64,000 bases of DNA, taken from positions 1 through 64,000 of the forward strand of contig CAYVLA010000001.1 of the NCBI GenBank assembly GCA_964452145.1, given 5' to 3'. The position numbers and the translations under genes are program-made. The notes below the pieces were generated by a model. That model made no database searches and had not been told where the DNA came from. It saw nothing but the letters and a program-made list of their open reading frames with translations. Shown piece after piece: positions 30,980-40,500 of the stretch (within the stretch, counting starts at the first letter, position 1; every line of letters starts with the position of its first letter). This stretch comes from Candidatus Hadarchaeota archaeon (GTDB lineage Archaea; CAYQAE01; CAYVLA01).

Positions 30980-31363
30980 TCAGAAAAGCCTGTTGATGTC
31001 GAATTTTATCCGGCTCCTCGGGAGCGGTGGGCCGAATAGGACCCTCTTCATGACGGCGATCATATTCCTCTGAATCTCCGCCCGACGCTCATACAGCGCT
31101 GGGTAGTCCTCCTCAATCTGGGGCACCATCTCCAAGATCTGGTCAAGACTCAGATTCCTGAGAATCGTCCTTGAAGTCCTCACCACAGCCAAGGTGCGTT
31201 CGAAGAGTCCCTTGGTCTTGGAATCCTCGATATGAGGTATCTGGTCAACCATCTTGCTCTCCAGTAGATCCAGAGTGGCGGCGATGTCCTCAGAATTGTC
31301 CTTAAGGTACTTGTAGATAATGCCGTACTGATAGGCGTAGGTTCTGAGGACCTCCTCCGACAT
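30980..31363 (-). CDS. Hypothetical helical protein
   Basis: Clean ORF with an AT-rich promoter-like region upstream. Confidence 0.65.
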   Translation of the reverse strand: MSEEVLRTYAYQYGIIYKYLKDNSEDIAATLDLLESKMVDQIPHIEDSKTKGLFERTLAVVRTSRTILRNLSLDQILEMVPQIEEDYPALYERRAEIQRNMIAVMKRVLFGPPLPRSRIKFDINRLF

Positions 31364-31478
31364 GCCCGCCAATGGGAGTTCCGGCCTATTATTTCTTTTT
31401 ATCTGATGCCCGATTCAGCGAACACAGATCTCACCCCGCTCGTGACGCCTCGGGACGGGAGATGCAGGAAACAACGAT

Positions 31479-32666
31479 CTATCGCGATGTGAGTATCTCG
31501 ATGACGTCTCCATTCACCAAGACATGGTCCTCACCGAGTTTCCGCCTGCTCTTAGCATCTATCGCACCGACGAACTTCTCCCCAAGCTCGGTGTGGATCC
31601 TGTATGCAAGGCCCTTTGTTGTCGTGCCGGCAGGAACGATGTAGGCATCCGGAAGGACCACGCCCTTCGTATCGGTGAGGTGGGTGTGGCTTGCCACCGG
31701 GTAGACCACGATCATCTTCAAGAAGTCGTACACGGTGCGATCTATGATCTCCTGGACGCCCGTTGAGCCGTGGACGCGGAGTATCCTCTCCCGGATGGTC
31801 TCGAGCGCCCTGGCCTGGGCTCCAACAAGGGGGGCTCGCACTCGAAAATCGGAAGCTCCTGGCGTATACCCGATGAGGCCGTGCTGTTCCGCCCTTCTAA
31901 GGGCCAGCTCGGCCTCCGCACACACAGGAACGATTAAGGCATCCGGGAAGGCCTTTCTGAGCCTCTCAAGGTTCTCCCCGGAGGTGGGCAGATCCATCTT
32001 GTTGGCCGCAATGGTAATGGGCTTCGCTACCCTCCTGACCTTGCCCACAAAGTCAAGCAGGGTCTCATCGTCCCCCTCCAGGTCCACCGTGGTTGTCTTG
32101 AGAACCCCTCGAAGCGTCTCCTCGTTCATCCCCAGCACGCTCAGCCGACTGAGCAGAAAGGAGGTGTGCTCGGAGTCCGATGGCTTGATCCTCCCCTTTC
32201 CGGGTTTCAGCCCGCGCTTGAGGATTCCTATCAACCAGTAACCCAGCTCGGTTTCGAAGAACCTGACGTCTTCCACCGGGTCCCGCGCGCCGGGACTTGT
32301 GGGGTTTCCCTGCTCATCGGTCGCGCCCGCGACGTCGACGACGTGTATCAAGCTGTCGGCCCTGATTAGGTCATCGAGGAACTGGTTTCCTAGTCCCTTC
32401 CCGAGATGGGCGCCTGGAACGAGGCCCGCAACATCCAGAACGTCTATGGGTATGAGGCGCAGCCCATTCTCACACTTGGAGTTCTTGGGTTGGCACTGGA
32501 CGCCGAATCCCTTGCAGGGACATCTGGCCCGCAGATAGGCCATCCCCCTGTTGGGCTTGATGGTGACGAAGGGCCTGCCCGCTATCTCGGCGTGGACCAG
32601 GGTCGACGCACTAAAAAACGTCGACTTGCCCGAGTTCGTCTTCCCCACGATGGCGATCTGGAACAT
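31479..32666 (-). CDS. ychF: Redox-regulated ATPase YchF
   Basis: GKTNSGKST, PFVTIKPN, DVAGLVPGAH, NKMD, C-terminal TGS domain. Confidence 0.95.
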   Translation of the reverse strand: MFQIAIVGKTNSGKSTFFSASTLVHAEIAGRPFVTIKPNRGMAYLRARCPCKGFGVQCQPKNSKCENGLRLIPIDVLDVAGLVPGAHLGKGLGNQFLDDLIRADSLIHVVDVAGATDEQGNPTSPGARDPVEDVRFFETELGYWLIGILKRGLKPGKGRIKPSDSEHTSFLLSRLSVLGMNEETLRGVLKTTTVDLEGDDETLLDFVGKVRRVAKPITIAANKMDLPTSGENLERLRKAFPDALIVPVCAEAELALRRAEQHGLIGYTPGASDFRVRAPLVGAQARALETIRERILRVHGSTGVQEIIDRTVYDFLKMIVVYPVASHTHLTDTKGVVLPDAYIVPAGTTTKGLAYRIHTELGEKFVGAIDAKSRRKLGEDHVLVNGDVIEILTSR

Positions 32667-32728
32667 GGCGAACTCCAGTCCGGGCCTCGGATGATACTAC
32701 TCATATTTGTTTCGAGCTTCTCAGCTTC

Positions 32729-33574
32729 TCAGCAATGCTGGCGGGGACGTGCGCAGACGACGTCGTGTACGACGTGCCACCTTCTCCTGCCAACCGACCT
32801 GACGATCCGCGAAGATGTCACCTGACATTCCCCCCAACCACCCAGTCCCTCCAGTATCCTTCCAAGCTCGAGACTTGAGATCGGCAGGCAATCGCTCCGT
32901 CTCGCCCTCACCTCACGGTAGTGATGGATCACCCCTCGGTCGCCCAGAACGCGGATTGCGTCTTCCAGGAAATCGTCGGCCTGAAGAGGCAGAGGGAGGA
33001 TCACCCTATCCATGGCGGACATCTCCTTACAGATCTGCCTGGCGTCGCCCAGAAGGGGGATAACGCGGCCAGCCAGATTGTTCCGAGCCAGGCCCTGCCT
33101 CATGCATTCGATGGCCGCAGGGTTACTGTCAACCGAATACACTGTTGCCGAGACGGTGTGCGCTATGAGGATGCTGAAGCAACCCGCGCCCGCGAACATG
33201 TTCAGGACATTTTCGCCAGGCTTCACCTGGAGGGCCACTCGCCGACGCTCCTGGGAAAGGCGGGGAGTGAAGAAAACCTTGCCCAGATCAACCACGTATG
33301 TTGCGCCATGCTCGCGGTGCATGGTAACGGCCGGACCCACCCCAGCGATCGCCTCCATCCTGCGGGTCCTTGCCCCGTGGACTGTGGGGCCGACCACCTG
33401 CAGGACCAGTCTTGCCCTCCTGTTATGAGCCAGGAGACAAGCTCCGATCTGATGCCTGAACTCGCGCAGCTGGGGAGGGATCTTAACAACCACTATGTCT
33501 CCGACAAGATCATAGCTGCGGTATGTTCCTTGGAGGTCGCGATCTAAGAGCGTTCTCCACGACAAGCTGCCCAA
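32729..33574 (-). CDS. Trm5/TYW2 (Met-10+) class I SAM-dependent tRNA modification enzyme
   Basis: YDLVGDI, HREHG, VFFTPRL..ER, NMFAGAG, DRVIL. Confidence 0.88.
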   Translation of the reverse strand: MGSLSWRTLLDRDLQGTYRSYDLVGDIVVVKIPPQLREFRHQIGACLLAHNRRARLVLQVVGPTVHGARTRRMEAIAGVGPAVTMHREHGATYVVDLGKVFFTPRLSQERRRVALQVKPGENVLNMFAGAGCFSILIAHTVSATVYSVDSNPAAIECMRQGLARNNLAGRVIPLLGDARQICKEMSAMDRVILPLPLQADDFLEDAIRVLGDRGVIHHYREVRARRSDCLPISSLELGRILEGLGGWGECQVTSSRIVRSVGRRRWHVVHDVVCARPRQHC

Positions 33575-33586
33575 GGATGACCCCGT

Positions 33587-33673
33587 TCATCTAAACAGCA
33601 ATACAACGATCGACAAGACCATGATCATTATCACGAACAGCGCAAAGAGCCTGTTGATCACGTACCTCTTCAT
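33587..33673 (-). CDS. 28-aa single-TM microprotein MKRYVINRLFALFVIMIMVLSIVVLLFR (not in ORF track)
   Basis: ATG overlaps the upstream stop (ATGA) after a GAGGA-rich stretch. Basic N-terminus plus one hydrophobic helix. Confidence 0.6.
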   Translation of the reverse strand: MKRYVINRLFALFVIMIMVLSIVVLLFR

Positions 33674-34521
33674 TCCTCATCCTCTCCCTTGTCGATGAGT
33701 TCGATGTAGATCTCCCCGACCCTCCTCCCGGTGCCCGTCAGCTCGTACTTGTTCTCCCCCGGGATGGGCAGGATGAGGTACTTCCTCACAAGCGATTGAA
33801 CGATGTGGCCGAAGTACCTTATTTTCTTCCCAACGCCCCTCTCTATCTCGGGCCTAGAGAGAGGCTTGCCTTCCTTCGTGATGTAGGCCAGGACTCTTCT
33901 CTTCAGGAAACTCCTCCCACCGTACTCGAGTCTCGGCGATATCAGCTCTATGCTCCAGTCGCTCCTGTTGGCTCCGACGGTGAACTTGCTGTTGACCCGA
34001 ATCCTGGATGCCGAGACGTCTATTGTAACGTTGTCGTATTCGTACTTCTTGATCCTGGCGACCATCTTGTCAGCGGCCTTGGTCAATTTGGCGATCTCTT
34101 CAGGGTCAGCATCGCTCTCGCGGCTGGCCTCCATGACCAGGGATCGGATCCTCTTTATGTAGGAAGACGGGTACCTGGAGAAATGGTTTGTCTTGAAGCT
34201 CTTCTCCAGCCTTTCAAAAGTCCTCTCTATCTCTCGTTTGATGATGGCGTAGTCTCGCTCCGTGAGTCGTTGGGCAATGACCGTCAGCACCCTGAAATAG
34301 TCAGGAGTGTAGTAGGACGGTCTGTAGATCCGAATGTCCGACCGCATCCTCTCGATGATGTCCTTGAGGCTCTTCCTGTCCTTGCGGCTAAGTTTCCTGA
34401 CCTCCTTCATTATGTTCTTCTGGGTCTCAAGGAAGCTGGGTGTTCCCGGAGGCACTCTCTGAAGCTTCTTCACATCGGCTAGAATCGCCTCCGCCGGACT
34501 GGCCATGCGAGTCATTTGCAT
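33670..34521 (-). CDS. Basic hypothetical protein with C-terminal winged-helix-like domain
   Basis: K/R-rich. RVLAYITKEGKPLSRPEIERGV...LVRKYLI...YELTGTG resembles a wHTH. Confidence 0.75.
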   Translation of the reverse strand: MQMTRMASPAEAILADVKKLQRVPPGTPSFLETQKNIMKEVRKLSRKDRKSLKDIIERMRSDIRIYRPSYYTPDYFRVLTVIAQRLTERDYAIIKREIERTFERLEKSFKTNHFSRYPSSYIKRIRSLVMEASRESDADPEEIAKLTKAADKMVARIKKYEYDNVTIDVSASRIRVNSKFTVGANRSDWSIELISPRLEYGGRSFLKRRVLAYITKEGKPLSRPEIERGVGKKIRYFGHIVQSLVRKYLILPIPGENKYELTGTGRRVGEIYIELIDKGEDEE

Positions 34522-34837
34522 CTACAGCTTATTAAACTGCCGAATACCCCTCCGCCCCCAACGGGCCTTCAGACCGGAGTTCGTAGACGATCCGTCCGGC
34601 TGGCCTGATGATACCGATCTTGGGGAGGCATGGGGCACGATTAGCGGTCTGGATGATGGGCGTTGGACACCAGTCCTTGCTGTTGGACCACGCAATCGGA
34701 CCCACGGCGGGCGAGCTGGTCGCTGATCGCGTATCTGGCTGTTTGCCGGTCTGGTTGCGAGAGCGGACTTCCCTTCTGTCCGGGATCCTCGGACCTGTAG
34801 ATGAGATTTTTCAACGGTTTACCCTGTGAGAGGGTGG

Positions 34838-34923
34838 GCGGGGGTGCCCGAGCGGTCAAAGAGGGCAGGCTCAGGACCTGCTGGCGTAGGCCTACGCGGG
34901 TTCAAATCCCGTCCCCCGCACCA
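34838..34923 (+). tRNA. tRNA-Leu(CAG), intronless, CCA encoded
   Basis: Acceptor GCGGGGG/CCCCCGC, anticodon arm GCAGG-CTCAGGA-CCTGC, long variable arm, GGGTTCAAATCCC T-arm, ACCA end. Confidence 0.97.
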
Positions 34924-35246
34924 CACCCGTGATGCCCCATGGGTGCTTGCTTGACGATGTCCTCCGTGCATTGCTAAAACCGCATGCATGTCTCGAAAAC
35001 CTGGGCCCCGGAATGCGTCTGACACATATAGGCGTCGAGCGTCCGTTTCTGGTGCCTGGAAGATCGCAGGAGCCTGCTCCCAGGTCGGGGAGGAAGTTCT
35101 TTCGACGCTCTGCATCAAAGGGCGAGGACGCTTGGGCTTCCTCCTCACAGGCCTTCTCAACTCATGCTAAAGGCACGGCAGTCGACGTCGAATAGCTATT
35201 TCAGCCGTAACCTCTGTCGCGAGCCGGGTATCCAAGAATAGCCAAG

Positions 35247-36407
35247 ATGATCGGCGAACTGGCCCGCACAATTCTGGACGAACTCTGGGACATACCCATC
35301 TTCGACGTCCACAGCCACTTCTGCGGAGAAGAGGGTCCAGTCAGGGGAGTGGATGAGTACATAGCGGGCTGGACGCAGCCGGAGACCCCTGGAAATATCG
35401 GCCCATCCGAGCTGCGAGGCTGGCGGATCTCTAGGTGGCCGATGAAGAAGTCTCTATGGATAGGCCGGGCATTCTTCATAGCCCTGCAGGAGCTCTATCG
35501 CAGTAATGACCGAACGACCATCTGCGCCAAGATGAATGAGGTGAGAGCGGGCGGTCTCTTGGGGTCCATGGAGTGGATGCGGCAACGATCGAACGTGGAC
35601 TATCTCGTAGTCGACTCGAACCCTGAGCTGGCTGCGAAGCTCCGTTGGGTTCGGTCCACGTATCGCCTTGATGCTCGAGCCATCACGGGAACGCAGGGGG
35701 ATCTCGGTCGGCGCATCGCGGAGGTCGAAGAGAAGGTCAGCAGCATGGTGGCAGCGGGACGAGCCCACTGTCTGAAGATACCCATTGCCTATGATCGTTC
35801 CCTCGAAATCGGGGATGTGGGGTTGGAGAAGGCCTCAGACATCGTCGCGAAGGAATCCAAGCACCGGACTTCTCAAGAGGCCAAGGAGGCGGAGGACCAT
35901 GTCTATAGGCATTTCTTCAGAAAGGCGGGGGATTGGTCCATTCCGGTTGAGGTCCACACCGGCTTCGGCTGGGCGATAGGCAAACGCCCGCTTAGATTGT
36001 GCGAGGCTGATCCTGAGAACCTCCTCCCCGTCCTTGAGGATCCCGAGATGGGGTCGACGAAGTTCATTCTCTTCCACGGAGGATATCCTTTCCTGAGCAA
36101 GGCGGCATATCTGGCCGGGAGCTTCTCGAACGTTTACCTTGACTTCACCTGCCTCTGCCAGGAGTCCTGGACCATGTTGAAGGCAGCGTTGCATGAGTGG
36201 ATCGACGTCGTGCCCATGGACAGGATCGTGAGTGGCAGCGATGGCAGCTATGAGTGGCTGTACTTCGCGGCCAAGATCAACAGGGAGTGTCTTGCACATG
36301 TTCTGGCCGAGAAGGTTACCGAAGAGTTCATGGACATTGACCTAGCGCTGGAGATTGGCGGGCGGATACTGCGTGAGAACGCTCTAGCGATCTTCCAGAG
36401 GCGCTGA
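35247..36407 (+). CDS. Amidohydrolase family protein
   Basis: DVHSH, EVHTG, FHGGYP and GSDG metal-binding motifs. Confidence 0.87.
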   Translation: MIGELARTILDELWDIPIFDVHSHFCGEEGPVRGVDEYIAGWTQPETPGNIGPSELRGWRISRWPMKKSLWIGRAFFIALQELYRSNDRTTICAKMNEVRAGGLLGSMEWMRQRSNVDYLVVDSNPELAAKLRWVRSTYRLDARAITGTQGDLGRRIAEVEEKVSSMVAAGRAHCLKIPIAYDRSLEIGDVGLEKASDIVAKESKHRTSQEAKEAEDHVYRHFFRKAGDWSIPVEVHTGFGWAIGKRPLRLCEADPENLLPVLEDPEMGSTKFILFHGGYPFLSKAAYLAGSFSNVYLDFTCLCQESWTMLKAALHEWIDVVPMDRIVSGSDGSYEWLYFAAKINRECLAHVLAEKVTEEFMDIDLALEIGGRILRENALAIFQRR

Positions 36408-36603
36408 TCGTCGGCTGCTGACCCGTTCCTTGGAGTGCCGGGGTTTGCCCCCTCGATCCGTGAAGCTGATCGGTCCCTTGTGGGAAGCGGGCCGAGAGAG
36501 TGCCTTGGCTGCTTGACGTGTCTTGCTCGCCCAAACGCAGATTGGAGCATGACCGACGTGCGGTGCGCTGGTCAGAGCGTTAGACTTATCAGGATGATGC
36601 GCA

Positions 36604-36614
36604 TTGTATTACAA
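36604..36614. promoter_or_regulatory. Palindrome TTGTA-T-TACAA upstream of the RHH gene
   Basis: Perfect inverted repeat next to the AT-rich promoter region. Confidence 0.45.
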
Positions 36615-36661
36615 AGGCTATTATTGATATTTTCTTGGACGGCAAACTGTGGGGATAACGG

Positions 36662-36847
36662 ATGACGAAAACGATCTGCCTTCGCCTAGAAGACGACACG
36701 ATGGAGACTCTCGAGAAGGCCGCCAAGCACAGAAGGGAGAATATCTCGGTGTTCGTCAGGCGTGCCATCTTCAGGGAGTTGGCCCAGCTGGGCTATCTGA
36801 GTCCTGAGGAGACTCGGGCGCTTCTATGGTGGAAGGGGAAGGAGTAG
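36662..36847 (+). CDS. Ribbon-helix-helix (CopG-like) DNA-binding protein
   Basis: TKTICLRL beta-strand pattern, LEKAAK, NISVFVRRAI. Confidence 0.8.
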   Translation: MTKTICLRLEDDTMETLEKAAKHRRENISVFVRRAIFRELAQLGYLSPEETRALLWWKGKE

Positions 36848-36937
36848 ACCGATCCCTCGGTCCATCACGTAGATGATTCGACAGGGGCTACTTGGGCCTT
36901 TCCTCTTCCCAGGTTCAGTTTTGCAGCCATGGAAGCA

Positions 36938-36987
36938 TTTAAAACAGCGTTAGACAAAGTCTAACTGCGTTGAATCCTGTTTAACAG
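36938..36987 (+). promoter_or_regulatory. Hydrogenase operon promoter: TATA (TTTAAAA) followed by palindromes GTTAGAC-AAA-GTCTAAC and CTGTT-T-AACAG
   Basis: Perfect 7-3-7 inverted repeat at 36949-36965 and a 5-1-5 repeat at 36977-36987. Confidence 0.6.
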
Positions 36988-37047
36988 TCGGGCAACGTCC
37001 CGCCGAAACACGGAACCGTCCCGTATCGATGATCGGGAGAATGGCAA

Positions 37048-37587
37048 ATGCAGAAGGCCGTCGTCGACTCGATCACAAGCCAATCGAGCGTTGAACTTGA
37101 GGGAATCCAGCCAGAAGCTGAGTCGCCTAGTGAACACGAAAAGATCAGGATAAGGGCCGCCGTTGAAGCCAACCGAGGCATGCCGTCCGCCCTGATCCGG
37201 GTCCTGCAGGACGTGCAGAGCCGTCTTGGCCACATCCCCATGTGGAGCCAACACATAGTCTCCAAGGAAATGGGGATTCCGTTCAGCGAGGTCCATGGGG
37301 TGGTGACGTTTTACAACTTCTTCTCTCAGCACCCGAAAGGTCGACACGTCATCCAGGTCTGCCAGGGAACCGCGTGCTACGTAAGGGGGGGCAAGAAGAT
37401 CATGGATCAGCTGAAGAGGAAGCTTGGGGTCGGCCCGGGCGAAACCACAAGAGATCGAAAGTTCTCACTCGAAGTGGTGAGGTGTCTCGGCTGCTGTGGG
37501 CTCTCCCCCGTGATGACGGTGAGCGGTAACCTCTACCGAAGGATTAGCCCGAAGAAGGTATCCGAAATACTGGAGGCCTACAACTAG
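37048..37587 (+). CDS. NuoE/HoxE/HydC-like [2Fe-2S] subunit
   Basis: GVVTFY, VCQGTACYVRG, CLGCCGLSP. Confidence 0.93.
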   Translation: MQKAVVDSITSQSSVELEGIQPEAESPSEHEKIRIRAAVEANRGMPSALIRVLQDVQSRLGHIPMWSQHIVSKEMGIPFSEVHGVVTFYNFFSQHPKGRHVIQVCQGTACYVRGGKKIMDQLKRKLGVGPGETTRDRKFSLEVVRCLGCCGLSPVMTVSGNLYRRISPKKVSEILEAYN

Positions 37588-37599
37588 CCTCGGAAGCAG

Positions 37600-40500
37600 G
37601 TGGGGTGTCCGGTTTTGATCCTTTCCAGCCCGGCGTCCTTTGACGATCTTAGGCAGGAGTGCAGGCAGGAAGTGGATGACCGCAGAAAAAGGCGGCAGGT
37701 CCTGGTTCACATGGGGACTTGCGGCATTGCATCCGGTTCTGCGATCGTTAAGGAGCGCTTAGTGGAACGCCTCAGAGCAATAGGATCGGATGTGATCGTG
37801 CGCGAGACCGGCTGCTGCGGATCATGCCACCAGGAACCCATGCTGACCATCCTAGAGCCTGATGGTTCCTCGGTCATGTACGGCGACCTCAACATCCATA
37901 ACCTCGACCGGCTGATCGAGGAACACGTAATCGGGGGGAAGAGGGTTGAAGCCCTTTGCGTTGATCAGCAATCGCCCTTCTACCGAAAGCAAGTGAAGCG
38001 AGTCACTCTGCTGCTGGGCAAGATAGACCCCTACGACATCAGGGAGTACATAGCGTGCGATGGCTACCTGGCCCTACGCAAGGCGCTGACCCTCACGAGT
38101 GAAAGCGTCATCGAGGAGGTGAAGAGGGCCGGTCTGAAGGGGCGCGGTGGGGCAGGGTTCCCTACCGGCCTCAAGTGGTCATTTGCCGCCAAGGCCCCCG
38201 GAGATGTCAAGTACGTCATCTGCAACGCGGATGAGGGAGATCCTGGGGCCTACATGGATCGGGCGATAATCGAGGGGAACCCTCACTCCGTCATAGAGGG
38301 GTTGGCGATAGCTGCCTATGCCGTAGGGGCAAGCGTGGGCTATGTGTACATACGAGCGGAGTACCCCTTGGCCGTGGAGATCCTGCGTAGTGCCATAGAA
38401 CGGGCACGGGAATACGGATTCCTCGGGCAGAACATTCTTGGATCGGGATTTGACTTCGACATCGAGGTCTGCCTGGGGGCTGGGGCATTTGTGTGCGGAG
38501 AAGAGACCGCTCTCATCGCTTCGATAGAGGGCAGGAGAGGCAACCCGCGCCCTAAGCCCCCCTTTCCGGCCAACAAGGGCCTCTTTGGCAGGCCGACGGT
38601 GATCAACAACGTCAAGACCCTCAGCAACGTGCCCCTCATACTCCTCAACGGCGCAGAGTGGTACGCCGGGGTCGGTACCGACAAAAGCAAGGGAACGATG
38701 ATATTCAGCCTGACTGGAAAGATCAAGAGAACGGGACTGATCGAGGTTCCCCTTGGCATTTCCCTCGGCGAGGTCATCTTCGATGTGGGAGGAGGGGTTC
38801 CCGGCGGGAAGCAGTTCAAGGCCGTTCAGCTAGGAGGTCCGTCCGGTGGGTGCATACCGGGCAAGTACCTGAACACACCTATAGACTATGCGGAGATGGA
38901 GGCCCTTGGGGCGATCATGGGATCCGGCGGCATGATCGTGATGGACGAGGACTCCTGTATGCCGGATATGGCCCGCTTCTTCATGGAATTCACGAAGGAT
39001 GAGTCCTGCGGCAAGTGCACGCCGTGCAGGGCCGGGATACCCCAGATGCTCAGAATCCTGGACCGGGTCGTGAGCGAGAAGGGGACCCTACAGGATCTGG
39101 ATGCCCTTCAGCAGATAGGTGAGATGGTGAAGGACAGCTCCCTCTGCGGACTGGGCCAGACCGCCCCAAACCCCGTCCTGAGCACACTTAGGCATTTCAG
39201 AGACGAGTATGTCCGGCACATCATCGACCACAGATGTCCGGCAGCCGCGTGTCAGACCCTCTTCCGGGCACCCTGCCAGCACGCCTGTCCCCTGGGCAAC
39301 GACATACCCGGAGTGATGGCGCTCATCAACGAAGGCCACTACGATGACGCATACTTGCTGATTCGCCAACGCAATCCACTGCCTGCCGTCTGCGGAAGGG
39401 TCTGCGTTCGCTACTGCGAATCCAAATGTCGGCGATCCCAGCTTGATGAGAGGCTCTCGATCAGACACATGTTGAGGTTTGCGGTCGACCGCGCTCATCA
39501 GAGCAACGTCGAGTACGTCCCGGAAATCGCGAAGAGGAAGAAGAAGAAAGTCGCAATCATTGGATCCGGCCCTGCCGGACTCGCTGCCGCATACGATCTG
39601 GCAGTGAACGGATACCCCGTCACGGTCTTTGAGGCCTCCCCCAGGATCGGAGGGATGCTGGATTCGGGCATACCTCGCCACAGGCTGCCCAGAGAGGCGC
39701 TAGACGCCGACCTGAGAGTCTTCCCCAAGATCGGCGTCGACTTCAGAGTCAACACCAAGGTTGTCGACGCTGCAGGATTGCTGGACGCCGAATACGACGC
39801 CGTCTTCATTGCCAGCGGGCTGCCGAAGGGCAGAAGAATGGGCATCCCGGGCGAAGATCTTCAAGGGGTATACGAGGGAGTGGAGTTCCTGAGAAGGGCA
39901 AACGGGGGAGAGAAGGTCCAAGTCGGGGATAGGGTCGTGGTGGTGGGAGGAGGCAACGTTGCGATCGATGCTGCTCGGGCCAGCAGGAGATTCGGGGCAG
40001 GGGATGTCACGATAGTCTACCGACGCGAAAGGTCCGACATGCCGGCCATTGCCGAGGAGGTGGAGGCTGCGGAGGAGGAAGGGCTCAAGATACTCCCCCT
40101 CACAAATCCAAGGCGAATCGTCGGTGAGAACCGAAGGGTTGGCGGAGTCGAGTGTTCCCGAATGGAACTCAAGGAGTTCGACGAGAGCTGCCGCAAGGTA
40201 GCCTACGAGGTTAAGGACTCCACGATCATCCTGCCTGCCGACACCGTCATCATCGCCGTTGGGCAAGCTGCGGACAACGAGTTCCTGCAGGGAAAGATCA
40301 ACACCGGTCCCGGAGGCCTGATCATGGCGAACGAAAGGACTATGGAGACGAACGTGCCCGGGATCTTTGCGGGGGGCGATGCTGTCACCGGGCCCTGGAC
40401 GGTGGTCGAGGCCATCGCGGCCGGACAGAGGGGCGCCTTTGCGATTATGTGCTATCTCCAAGGCAAGCCCATACCCGATAGGATGGACCGGGGTCTGGAC

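Noticed and set aside
34600..34730. TGATGA / ATGATGG boxes suggesting a C/D guide RNA
   Set aside because: No CTGA D or D' boxes at appropriate spacing.
35088..35100. GAGGAAGTTC similar to RNase P RNA conserved region I
   Set aside because: No matching P4 partner or CR-V (ACAGAA...) found downstream.
34924..36850. Possible integrated element at tRNA-Leu
   Set aside because: No integrase and no duplicated tRNA 3' end noticed by eye.
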